NCBI GenBank assembly: GCA_964623205.1
Contig: CAZUQX010000007.1
Coordinates: 12,665-76,664, forward strand
DNA length: 64,000 nucleotides
Reading direction: 5' to 3'
Source: an uncultured Candidatus Bathyarchaeia archaeon
Lineage (GTDB): Archaea; Thermoproteota; Bathyarchaeia; Bathyarchaeales; Bathyarchaeaceae
The position numbers and the translations under genes were made by a program. The notes beneath the pieces were generated by a model. That model was not told where the DNA came from. It saw only the letters and a list, made by a program, of their open reading frames with translations, and made no database searches. Shown in pieces: positions 52,277 to 61,557 of this stretch. Numbering within the stretch: the first letter of the stretch is position 1; the number at the start of each line of letters is the position of its first letter.

Positions 52277-52564
52277 ATGCCCATGTATATTCTTCTTTCA
52301 ACCCTTACGCCTGAGGGACGGAAGACAATCAAGAAGAAGGCTGAACGAATAAGAGAAGTTAACAAGGAAATCGAGGCTTTTGGCGCCAAAGTTATTTCCC
52401 AATACGCAACTTTGGGACCCTACGACTTCGTTAACATCGTGGAAGCCCCAGACAATAAGGCAATTACTCGTGTATCTCTGGAACTTGGGTCCCGTGGAAC
52501 CATTGAGATCATGAGTTTGCCAGCCATGACCGTCAACGAATTCATCGCCATGGCAAAAGAGTGA
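52277..52564 (+). CDS. GYD-domain protein
   Basis: 95 aa. MYILLSTLTPEGRKTI...ATLGPYDFVNIVEAPDN is the GYD family pattern. Confidence 0.75.
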   Translation: MPMYILLSTLTPEGRKTIKKKAERIREVNKEIEAFGAKVISQYATLGPYDFVNIVEAPDNKAITRVSLELGSRGTIEIMSLPAMTVNEFIAMAKE

Positions 52565-52672
52565 ATCCATATCTTCCCTTCTTTTTTTGAGAATGTTTTA
52601 GCAAATTTTATTAGATGTTACACAGAGGGTTTTCGTAAAGACCAAGTTGACACGGATAGGCCGCTATGTGTT

Positions 52673-53365
52673 TTGGTGGAGGAGAGCTGGTATCTGCAAG
52701 GTTTTGATTTAGGAAGAGAGTTGCTCAAGTGGATAGCGATTGTAACGATGACTGTAGACCATGTTGGAGTAATCCTGTATCCTGAGTTTACGGTTCTGCG
52801 AATTATCGGCAGGCTCTCTTTTCCCTTATTCGCCTATCTGCTGATACTGGGGATGGAAAGCACAAGTAATCTGCGTAACTATTTCATTCGCCTTTTCCTT
52901 TTCGCTTTGATTTCTCAGGTTCCCTTCTTTCTAGCCCTTGACTATGAACCCTTTGGATACCTGAATATCTTCTTCACGCTCTCTTTTGGTCTCTTATTTG
53001 TCCATTATTTCAAAAAGACTTCTGTATATGCAATCGTTCCTATGTTTGCCTCCTTCATTCTACCCATCGATTACAGCGTCTATGGCTTAGCTATGATAGG
53101 CTGCATGTACATCCTGAAGGAGGACACAAAGTTTGGCGTTGCTGCGTTGGTTTTGCTTAACGTGTTGTTTTTGGTGCCATGGAATTCCCAATTTCTCTCC
53201 ATCTTGGCAATACCGTTAATTCTTCTTCACAAAAACGGTTACTTGAAGATAAAGAGAGAAACTGCTGAAAAAGCTACCATTCCTCTGTGGAGAAAATACT
53301 ATTTCTACGTCTACTACCCCCTCCACCTAGGCCTGCTTTACCTAATAAAAACAAATTTCTTCTAA
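52673..53365 (+). CDS. TraX-family membrane protein
   Basis: 230 aa, polytopic. LKWIAIVTMTVDHVGVILYP is the typical TraX N-terminal motif. Confidence 0.65.
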   Translation: MVEESWYLQGFDLGRELLKWIAIVTMTVDHVGVILYPEFTVLRIIGRLSFPLFAYLLILGMESTSNLRNYFIRLFLFALISQVPFFLALDYEPFGYLNIFFTLSFGLLFVHYFKKTSVYAIVPMFASFILPIDYSVYGLAMIGCMYILKEDTKFGVAALVLLNVLFLVPWNSQFLSILAIPLILLHKNGYLKIKRETAEKATIPLWRKYYFYVYYPLHLGLLYLIKTNFF

Positions 53366-53643
53366 TCACTTATAACAAACTATTTCTCGGCGTGCATAAA
53401 ATTCTTGTACAGATATGTAACCTCTATTCTTGTATGGTTGTTATCGAGCTCCAGTTTTTCTTTGGTTTACTTTCTTGTGAAATCCTAAGTATCATATAGA
53501 ACATTATTCTAGAAAATTTCTCATTATGATATAGTTGATTCTTCTAAGACAAATTTTAAATTCGAAATGAAATTAATGTAGATAATATATCCCCTTCATA
53601 AGCAAATAGAATACCGAGAGAAAAGATAGGTGAAGATGTAACA

Positions 53644-54189
53644 ATGCTAAGAAAGAAACTTTTCGCTGCAATCATTGGGCTGGCTATGCTTTCAGTAACT
53701 GGTCTTGCGGCGTTGAACGACACTTGGACAAGCTGTAGCATTTCAATGCACGCTAGTACTGCTTCAACTGCAAGCCTTGGACAATGGGAAGATTGTTTGC
53801 TGACGACACCCTTGGATACTTATGATTGGGGCGGTGTTGCTCAGGGAGAAACCTATCAGCTTGAATACTACATCAGGAACACCGGCACCGTTGGCTTATA
53901 CATCACATATCTACCTACTGATGTAGACTTGGGTGACCCTCAAATAGCAATGACCATTGCCGTGAAGGTTATCGAGTGGGGAAACGTTCCATGCCAAATG
54001 TTCGAAGTAGATTATGATTATGACCAAATGTTCAATGTGCTGCCAGAGAAAGATGCAGCTAATCCGGGTCAGGGCTATTTCCTTGGTCCAGGCAAAATCG
54101 CAAAGCTCCGCGTAGAACTGACAGTTACCTCTGTAATCGCTGGAGGAACCTATGATTTCGTATTCGCAATCCACGGATGCAACATATAG
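53644..54189 (+). CDS. Secreted hypothetical protein (signal peptide, beta-rich)
   Basis: N-terminal MLRKKLFAAIIGLAMLSVTGLAA. No enzymatic motif. Confidence 0.5.
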   Translation: MLRKKLFAAIIGLAMLSVTGLAALNDTWTSCSISMHASTASTASLGQWEDCLLTTPLDTYDWGGVAQGETYQLEYYIRNTGTVGLYITYLPTDVDLGDPQIAMTIAVKVIEWGNVPCQMFEVDYDYDQMFNVLPEKDAANPGQGYFLGPGKIAKLRVELTVTSVIAGGTYDFVFAIHGCNI

Positions 54190-54448
54190 GCTCGCGCAGG
54201 AATAACAGGACTTATTAAAGCTTGCGCGCGCGCATTTTATCGTCTGCTCTGATTTATTGTGTTCCAGACAGTAATAAAAACGTATTATTTCTAACAGGAC
54301 GCCTTGCAACAAAAGACTCGGGAGAGAAGCTGAATATACCTCTTCGAAGCGACACTTCGGGATAATCCCATCGAACATCGTCGAAGTTTAGGACAACATC
54401 AAGAAATTGGGGGAGAAAACAAAACGGAGACAGCTTGGACCATCATGA

Positions 54449-55684
54449 TTACAGAATGAAGGGAATTACAACAATCATCAGCAACACCCAAACCAAAGTG
54501 AGCGTCACTGCAATAGTTATTCGCGAAACATTTTTTTCGTCCACTCTTCGACCCAGAATTCTCTTCAAAGAAATGTCAAACATACGCCCTCCATCCAGAG
54601 GATAAATTGGCAAAGCATTGAATACAGCAACATTCACGTTAACAAACCACAACCAAAAGAGGACGTTCGCCAAAACATGCCACTGTGCCCCCAGCCCATG
54701 CGTGTAAAAAGGCACCAAAGAATCCGAAAAAGGCACTGCCCCAGGAGCCAAATCTGGCGGAATCAAGTATAAAGTAAGTGTTTCAGGAGTCAATGTCAGA
54801 TATGATTTTGGCACGCGCGTATAATCAAACAATCTCACACCCATGAATGTGTGTTCTTCAAACTCGATTAAATTCAAGGATGTGGAAAACTGGTCATCCC
54901 ACATTTCGCCTCTAGCTACTGTCACCTGCAGTACGTCCCCTGGATTCTTTCCATCAATTAAGGCACTCAATTGTTCTCTACTACTAATCTGGACATTGTC
55001 TATTGAAACGATTACGTCTTCAGCCAGCAACCCTGCCTCATCAGCCGGCATACCTTCTATAACATCCGAAACATATACGCCATCAACCACTGGAGTCAAG
55101 CTGCTAACAATAACCAGAACACTGAGCATGCACACTACGGCTACAACGATATTTCCGCCAACCCCCGCTGCCAAAACTCTCAAAGAATCTTTAGCTTTCG
55201 CTTTTGCTAACTGCTTCTCGTCAACATCTACAAAAGCACCAATGGGAATAATTAGAAAGAAAAAGAGACCGCTGGACTTAACTCTTAATCCACGATTTCT
55301 CGCTATAATTCCATGGGCTCCTTCGTGAACCACAATTGCACAAATTATTGCGATCCACCCATACAATATGGGAAGAAAAGGGTTAATTCCCGGTATCAGC
55401 AGGTAAGCTCCAAGACCCACTTCACGCGTTACCTCTCTAGCAGCAGGAGCCCATAACAAAGTAAATAGGCTGCCACAGATCAGGTAAAGTCCAATGCCTG
55501 CCACAATTGGCACAATAATGAGGGCAACCCAAGAAAGCAATCGTGATGCTCGAAGGGACCCCAGCTTATCCAAAACGCCATTGAACATCCGTGTCCTAAC
55601 AGCCACTAGAGGGAAAACAAATTTGATTCTAGGCTGCTCAGCTTCCTCAGCTTCAGCTTCCGGTCCAGTCAACGAATCCACCAA
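54449..55684 (-). CDS. Site-2 protease family (M50) membrane metalloprotease with PDZ domain
   Basis: VHEGAHGIIA (HExxH), a PDZ-like stretch (GMPADEAGLLAEDVIVSIDN) and NALPIYPLDGGR. Confidence 0.8.
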   Translation of the reverse strand: MVDSLTGPEAEAEEAEQPRIKFVFPLVAVRTRMFNGVLDKLGSLRASRLLSWVALIIVPIVAGIGLYLICGSLFTLLWAPAAREVTREVGLGAYLLIPGINPFLPILYGWIAIICAIVVHEGAHGIIARNRGLRVKSSGLFFFLIIPIGAFVDVDEKQLAKAKAKDSLRVLAAGVGGNIVVAVVCMLSVLVIVSSLTPVVDGVYVSDVIEGMPADEAGLLAEDVIVSIDNVQISSREQLSALIDGKNPGDVLQVTVARGEMWDDQFSTSLNLIEFEEHTFMGVRLFDYTRVPKSYLTLTPETLTLYLIPPDLAPGAVPFSDSLVPFYTHGLGAQWHVLANVLFWLWFVNVNVAVFNALPIYPLDGGRMFDISLKRILGRRVDEKNVSRITIAVTLTLVWVLLMIVVIPFIL

Positions 55685-56212
55685 ACGTTCAGCCCTTTAA
55701 CTAACGCTTCTTCTAAATCATTAATGTTTAGCTAAAAAACGTGAACCAGAAAGATGGTAATGCCTCAAGGGCTATTCGTTTTGTAGCACGCAGTCGAGAC
55801 ACTATAAGGAATCACAGGTATCAGTATAACAAAATCTGTGGCAGTCATCTCGGTTCCTATGGGGCACCCCTCTCACTATTTTCCCATTCAGGTCAATTCG
55901 AAAACCTTGCATACAAACTTCATCCTCTTTGAGTTTTACAACCTTTTTCTTCCCATCATTCAAATCGAGGATACCCATTTCAACTTCTTGAACTAACATT
56001 TTTCATTCATTCAAACCAATGCCAAACTAAAGTTTAAAAATATTTTATATTATGAATAAAGATTTCAAATGAGTATGAAAAATTAAACTTTACCCAGATC
56101 CAAAAGGGTTACAGTTTTTGAAATCCCAGTTATCCAGACTTTTTCACAGCATATTGTTTCCGGAAAGCTCTTCAATCAAAACAGGACACAATATCAGCGG
56201 AAGGAAGCTCTA

Positions 56213-57478
56213 ATGGCTGACGGAAAGGAAACGGAACAAGGAACCGATCGCTTGGTTGTCTTCGATGTGGAAGGGATTCTTATACCGAAGAATCGTTATC
56301 TCCTCTTCGAGATATCACGCAAAGTGCGATTTTGGGGCTTTATAAGAACTCTAGCATTAGGATTTCTCTATGAAATTGGACTATTATCCCTAGAATCCGC
56401 CCTGCGAAGAATCTATATGATGCTCAAAGATTTCAGAACGGAAGAGGTCCTTCAACTCCACAAGAAGATACCTCTGATGCCCGGCGCTGAAGAAGTCTTC
56501 AAAAGATTAAACGCGAATGGATATAAGACAGCGTTAATAAGTTCAGGTCTCCCCACCCTTTTCGTGAAAGACCTGGCCATGAGACTGAAAGCTGACTACG
56601 CCTTCGGTCTGAACCTAGAGATAGTTAACGAACGTTTGACAGGTGTCATAGGGGGCGACGTTCTAAAATCTGGCGGCAAAGCAGTTGTGTTGAAAAGAAT
56701 ACTTGAAAAAGAAGGCTTAAACCCCCAAAATTGCATCATGGTCGCTGATGACCGAAACAACCTTCCCATGTTTCCCCTATGTAAATTAAGGATAGGCTAC
56801 AACCCCGATTTTGTTCTGAGCGCCAAATCCGACTTCGTGACAAGAGGCGAGCTAACAGAAATCGTACCCCTCATAACCGGAGAAAACCCGCAAGTTGTTC
56901 ATCCTCCCATATCAAGAAGCCGTGGTCTCCGAGAAACAATGCACATGAGCAGCTTTTTGCTGTCCTTCATTTCCATATACTTCACAGGAAATATCCTACT
57001 GGCTTCGGTGATACTTCTCGTAACCGTGCTCTACACCCTATCCGAGGTCGCCAGAATTCGCGGAATCAACATTCCCATTCTCTCCTCAATAACATGGAAC
57101 GCAGCCAACAAACCGGAACTCTACGAATTTGCAACATCCCCCATCCTTTTTGCCCTAGGCATAGCAATCTCCCTCCTCATCTTCCCAGCGCCTATACGTT
57201 ACGTAGCCATCACAGTACTCACCCTAGGCGACGGATTCGCCCACATCTTTGGAATGAAGTTTGGAAACATCCGTCTTCCCTTCAACAAAGGAAAGAATCT
57301 GGAAGGCACAATCTTCGGTTTCCTCTTTGCCTTCTTTGCAGCATTGATTTTTGTTGACCCGGTAAAAGCTTTGATTGGCGCCGCCGTTGGAATGATAATG
57401 GAAGGACTCCCCCTTCCGGTCAACGATAACCTAACCATGCCCTTAGCTTCTGGACTAGTACTCACCCTGATTTCGTAA
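56213..57478 (+). CDS. Fusion protein: HAD-IB (phosphoserine phosphatase-like) domain + CTP-dependent polyprenol (dolichol/phytol) kinase-like membrane domain
   Basis: N-terminal LVVFDVEGILIP (motif I variant D-x-E), ALISSG and MVADDRNNLPMF. C-terminal TM domain with TLGDGFAHIFGMKFGNIRLPFNKGKNLEGTIFGF. Confidence 0.6.
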   Translation: MADGKETEQGTDRLVVFDVEGILIPKNRYLLFEISRKVRFWGFIRTLALGFLYEIGLLSLESALRRIYMMLKDFRTEEVLQLHKKIPLMPGAEEVFKRLNANGYKTALISSGLPTLFVKDLAMRLKADYAFGLNLEIVNERLTGVIGGDVLKSGGKAVVLKRILEKEGLNPQNCIMVADDRNNLPMFPLCKLRIGYNPDFVLSAKSDFVTRGELTEIVPLITGENPQVVHPPISRSRGLRETMHMSSFLLSFISIYFTGNILLASVILLVTVLYTLSEVARIRGINIPILSSITWNAANKPELYEFATSPILFALGIAISLLIFPAPIRYVAITVLTLGDGFAHIFGMKFGNIRLPFNKGKNLEGTIFGFLFAFFAALIFVDPVKALIGAAVGMIMEGLPLPVNDNLTMPLASGLVLTLIS

Positions 57479-57587
57479 GGCAGAACGGGTTGTTACGATA
57501 GAATTAAAAGATTGCAAGTTATCATATAGTAACGACACGACAAATTGATAGCATGTAACAGAATTGATCTAATGGAGTTTTCTCTGC

Positions 57588-58193
57588 TTGGCAGAATTCG
57601 GTAAAATTGAGTATAGACCCATCTCTGTTCGCGAAGCCCTCACTGAAATGAAGGATGTGTCAGAGATAATGATTGATTTGGCATATTCGGCAGCCCTTTT
57701 CAACAGCCATGAACTCGCGGAAGAGGTTTTGGAACTCGAAAAACGCGTGGACTACCTAGCATACATACTAGACATGAACACGATGCTGGCAGCTAGGGAC
57801 GCAGAAGACGCTCAGCACCTCACCGCTGTGACAAACGTAGCTGCTGCCACCAACAAGATCTCGGACGCAGCTGCTGACATAGCGACTATTGTTCTCAAAG
57901 AGATAGGAATACATCCAATCGTTCGGAAGGCCTTCGAAAAAGTTGAGGAACGACTGGCACGAGCAATAGTTGAACCTAATTCGATTCTTGTAAACAAGAA
58001 ACTTGGAGACCTAGAATTAGCCGCCAAGATAGGGGTTGATGTAATAGCTATTCGACGGCAAAAAGAGTGGACCATAGACCCAAGCGACGAGGAGAGGATT
58101 ATGGAGCGCGATGTGTTAATCGTCAGAGGGGCACCGCATGGCGTTGATGAACTGAAAGCCCTAGCCGCGGCTAAACTAAAGGAGATGGAATGA
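57588..58193 (+). CDS. PhoU-like + TrkA-C (RCK_C) domain regulatory protein
   Basis: 201 aa. An N-terminal helical PhoU-like half is followed by a C-terminal TrkA-C pattern (LGDLELAAKIGVDVIAIRR...ERDVLIVRG). Confidence 0.6.
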   Translation: MAEFGKIEYRPISVREALTEMKDVSEIMIDLAYSAALFNSHELAEEVLELEKRVDYLAYILDMNTMLAARDAEDAQHLTAVTNVAAATNKISDAAADIATIVLKEIGIHPIVRKAFEKVEERLARAIVEPNSILVNKKLGDLELAAKIGVDVIAIRRQKEWTIDPSDEERIMERDVLIVRGAPHGVDELKALAAAKLKEME

Positions 58194-58206
58194 GGGAATA
58201 GCCAAA

Positions 58207-58809
58207 GTGGGATTAACTGAGAAACATTTCAAGAAGATCGTTGACAAACTTGTGTTTCTGAAGGACACCTCTGAACTTATGATAGACCTCGCATACTCCT
58301 CGCTCCTTCTCAACAGTCGAGCGTTAGCTGAGGAAGTTGAAGCCCTAGAAAAGCACATGGATGATCTCCACACGGACTTTGAGCTGCTAGTTTTGTCTAG
58401 TGGCTTCAAACCTGAAGAATCCAAAGATTTTCTCGGTTTAATAAGGTTGGGAGTAGTCACAGAGGAAATTGCGGATGCAGCTATGGAAATCGCTGATGTC
58501 GTGTTGCGAGGGCTGGAACCCCATCCCATCCTGAGACTGGTTATAGAGGAAGCTGAAGAGACTGTAACTCGGGTTACCGTTTCAGAGAGTTCTCCGTTGG
58601 TGGGAAAGAAAATTCGAGAAGCCCAAATTCAAGAGGAGACGGGTATGTGGGTGCTGGTCATCCGAAGAGGGAAATATTGGTTGCGGCCTCGTCCTGACAC
58701 AATAATTAAGGCAGGCGATGTTTTAATTGCTGCAGGTTATGCTGAGGGAGAGGCTGACTTTGAGGCCTTGGCTTCTGGTGGTACAGAGCCAGTTATAGAA
58801 GAGTCTTAG
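58207..58809 (+). CDS. PhoU-like + TrkA-C domain regulatory protein (paralog)
   Basis: 200 aa, colinear with the 57588 protein (MIDLAYSSLLLNS..., VGKKIREAQIQEETGMWVLVIRR...GDVLIAAG). Confidence 0.6.
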   Translation: MGLTEKHFKKIVDKLVFLKDTSELMIDLAYSSLLLNSRALAEEVEALEKHMDDLHTDFELLVLSSGFKPEESKDFLGLIRLGVVTEEIADAAMEIADVVLRGLEPHPILRLVIEEAEETVTRVTVSESSPLVGKKIREAQIQEETGMWVLVIRRGKYWLRPRPDTIIKAGDVLIAAGYAEGEADFEALASGGTEPVIEES

Positions 58810-58824
58810 AGCCAGTTCGAACCT

Positions 58825-60066
58825 TCAGGCGATAAGGGCTAGTGCTACCAGAACAGCGGCGGTTGTCACGGTGTCCGCTAAGGAGCTTTCTATGGGTATT
58901 ACAAAATTATCTGGGTTCCAACCTCTTCTGTAAGTAAAAATTGCTACGGCATAGGCTATAAAAACCATAACTGAGACAGCAAATATGTTTGTAGTTAAGA
59001 GTTGACTAGCGAATATCAGTAGGTCTCCTAGTGTTTTTACACCGCTAATGAAAGAGGATAACATCACATAGATTACAAACATTATTATCGACGCTAACCA
59101 TGCTCCACCTATCTCGTTTATATGCTGTTTTATGGAGGAGAAAGAGGGTTTAGCTAGACCCAGAGCGAGTTTTGTTGTGGCGGTTGATCCTATTATAGAG
59201 CCCACTCCTCCCACCGTAGTGATTATCGCTGGATAGACAGCATATATCTTCCTTCCGCTGCCCGTGACGCCGCTGATTTTTGTGATAAAAGAACCTGTAA
59301 CGTTAACAATCAACGTCACAAATACCAGAGTTAAAAGAAATTCTCTGATTGTCGCGGCAAACTTTGTTTCACTAAAATTTTTGACCAGAATGTAGACCAC
59401 AAAGAAAATGAAAATTATGTCAAGTATCCAAATCAGGTAGCGCCCAACTGAACCAAGCATAAAGAAGAGGCTCAAACTAAGAACGTAACATATGGTGCTA
59501 ATTATATCAGAAATTGTGGACGTTACAGGATATACAATGATATCTGGGTCCAGCCCTCGTCTGAAGGAAAGAACTGAAAACACCATCGTTAGGGGAGAGA
59601 CAAACACCACTGACAAAGAAATGGTTGCTGTAATTACTGTCAATAACTGAATAAAATCTAGTATTGTGGCCTTCCAGAGAAATATGCCGAATATCCAGGT
59701 TCCGGTCCCTACGCTTATGCCGCTTATAAGAGCTAGCGTAACTACTGCCCGGAGAAGGAGATTAAAGTCTTTCGTGTTTTTGGTGAAGCTGGCTTTGATG
59801 GTTCCTAAGTGCAAGCCGGTGCCTAGGTGTCCACTAAAGAGACCGCCTACGGCACCCCTGATACTCAGAATTCCCGGGAAAAGGAATAGTGCCCATGGTG
59901 CCTCGTTTATGGATAAGACATTAAAATAAAAAATAAGGAGAGTTCCAGTTAGCAATCCAAATATATCAAATGAGAAGGATAAAAGGGACTGGCCTAGGCT
60001 GGCTTTCAGCTTCGTTAATGACAGGGTTCCGGCTATGTTGGTCTTCGTCATCGCCTTCACTTCCAT
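58825..60066 (-). CDS. MgtE-like divalent cation transporter, duplicated membrane domain (SLC41-like, no cytosolic sensor domains)
   Basis: 413 aa. Two homologous halves each carry the P-D motif region (GLDPDIIVYPVTSTISDIIST and GWNPDNFVIPIESSLADTVTT). Confidence 0.7.
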   Translation of the reverse strand: MEVKAMTKTNIAGTLSLTKLKASLGQSLLSFSFDIFGLLTGTLLIFYFNVLSINEAPWALFLFPGILSIRGAVGGLFSGHLGTGLHLGTIKASFTKNTKDFNLLLRAVVTLALISGISVGTGTWIFGIFLWKATILDFIQLLTVITATISLSVVFVSPLTMVFSVLSFRRGLDPDIIVYPVTSTISDIISTICYVLSLSLFFMLGSVGRYLIWILDIIFIFFVVYILVKNFSETKFAATIREFLLTLVFVTLIVNVTGSFITKISGVTGSGRKIYAVYPAIITTVGGVGSIIGSTATTKLALGLAKPSFSSIKQHINEIGGAWLASIIMFVIYVMLSSFISGVKTLGDLLIFASQLLTTNIFAVSVMVFIAYAVAIFTYRRGWNPDNFVIPIESSLADTVTTAAVLVALALIA

Positions 60067-60444
60067 CCATCCAGCTTGGCCTCCGAGTTTTTGATATCAT
60101 GCTTTTTGCAGTGATGCGGAGCGTACGGCCGGGTATGTAGAGTTCTTGATCCATCTCTGGATCGGCAGTCGTCTGTAACGCTAACACCGCTTTTTGTCGC
60201 TCCTTCTACGACTAAGACTCGACAACAGCCCTTAAAGGCTTTTTGTCCAACCTTTCCAGATAATCCCGAAAGTTATGGCAGAACCAAAGGAACTAATTAG
60301 AATATTATGAGAAAAGAATGCGCCTTAGACACTTCCGTTAAGCGTTTACATTCATGAGGTTTTATGGGCTCCGCTAACCTCACCCGTTCACTGCCGTTTG
60401 GCACATCAGAAAAAATGTCCGCTAGGTGTCTAGGAGCCTTTAGA

Positions 60445-61386
60445 TTACAGTTTTTTCATGTTGAGGCTCTTCATCAGATCCCTTTTTCTGTTTCTCACCG
60501 TAACTTCGGTTACGTCTGCCGCTTTAGCGAGGCGGCTCTGTGTTATCTTCTCTTTTTTCAGTTTGGATGCAATGTAGAGTGCTGCTGCCGCTAGTCCAGA
60601 AGGGTCTTTCCCTGTGGTAGCATACTTCCTCTTAGCCTCTCCTATTAGTTTGATGGCTAATCCCTCAACTTCACTGGAGACTCTAGCTTTCTCAGCTACC
60701 TTTGTAACATAGTCGGTCGGGTCGTCTATGGGCATCCGCATCTCCAGGTTCCTAACTATAACGCCGTAAGATCGTGCAATCTCTTTTTGGGTCCTCTGAC
60801 TGGCTTCCGCTATCTCCTTCAGAGTTCTAGGAAGCTTTGTGAATCTAACGGCTGCGTATAGGGCTCCAGCCACCATTCCTCCAATGCTGCGTCCCCGAAC
60901 CAAGCCTTCGTTCAAAGTCTTTCGGTAGATTATTGATGCCATGTCGACCACTGAGGAGGGCATGTGAAGTATTTCGGAGAGGCGTTGGAGTTCGCTTAGG
61001 GCTAGCATGAGATTTCTGCTCTGGGAGGCATGGACTTTCGAGCGCATCTGCCATCTTCTGAGGCGCCACATCTGTTGCTTGACTTTTGGCGATAGGGGGC
61101 GACCGAAGGCGTCCTTTTCTACGCGGATGACTGTGGACAAACCTTTGTCGTAGTGTGAATATTTGATCGGGGTTCCGGCTCTTGCTCTGGCGTCTCTTTC
61201 TTGGGCGGTGAAGGCTCTCCATTCGGCTCCTTGGCTTGGGATGTCCTCTTGGATTACTAGACCGCAGCGGCCGCAGACGTATTCTCCCATCTCTAAATCG
61301 ACAATTATGTTAGTGCTCCCGCACTCTGGGCACCTAACAGTAACTATTTGCTCTGACACAATATAACATCCAGTTTGTGTAACCAC
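60445..61386 (-). CDS. tfb: Transcription initiation factor IIB (TFB)
   Basis: N-terminal Zn ribbon CPECGS...CGRCG, B-reader/linker and two cyclin-fold repeats (GRSIGGMVAGALYAA..., AAAALYIASKL...). Confidence 0.9.
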   Translation of the reverse strand: MVTQTGCYIVSEQIVTVRCPECGSTNIIVDLEMGEYVCGRCGLVIQEDIPSQGAEWRAFTAQERDARARAGTPIKYSHYDKGLSTVIRVEKDAFGRPLSPKVKQQMWRLRRWQMRSKVHASQSRNLMLALSELQRLSEILHMPSSVVDMASIIYRKTLNEGLVRGRSIGGMVAGALYAAVRFTKLPRTLKEIAEASQRTQKEIARSYGVIVRNLEMRMPIDDPTDYVTKVAEKARVSSEVEGLAIKLIGEAKRKYATTGKDPSGLAAAALYIASKLKKEKITQSRLAKAADVTEVTVRNRKRDLMKSLNMKKL

Positions 61387-61557
61387 TTATAATGTGGGCA
61401 AGCTAATATTTAAATATGACGTATGTCATATAACATCTCTCCGATCGCCGAATAAAAAAACAGCACGATAAAACAATAAAAAGCCACTCAGAATTTTTCT
61501 GATGCTTTTGACAAGACTTATCTTACCTGATTTCTAAAAGGATTAAATGCGATCAAG

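Noticed and set aside
55741-55999. Two mutually overlapping small ORFs (55741..55932 plus strand, 55802..55999 minus strand) in the gap between the M50 protease and the HAD-kinase fusion.
   Set aside because: Neither has a recognisable motif, SD or promoter signal, and they exclude each other. The minus-strand one (MLVQEVEMGILDLNDGKKKVVKLKEDE...) looks slightly more protein-like, but I cannot support either.
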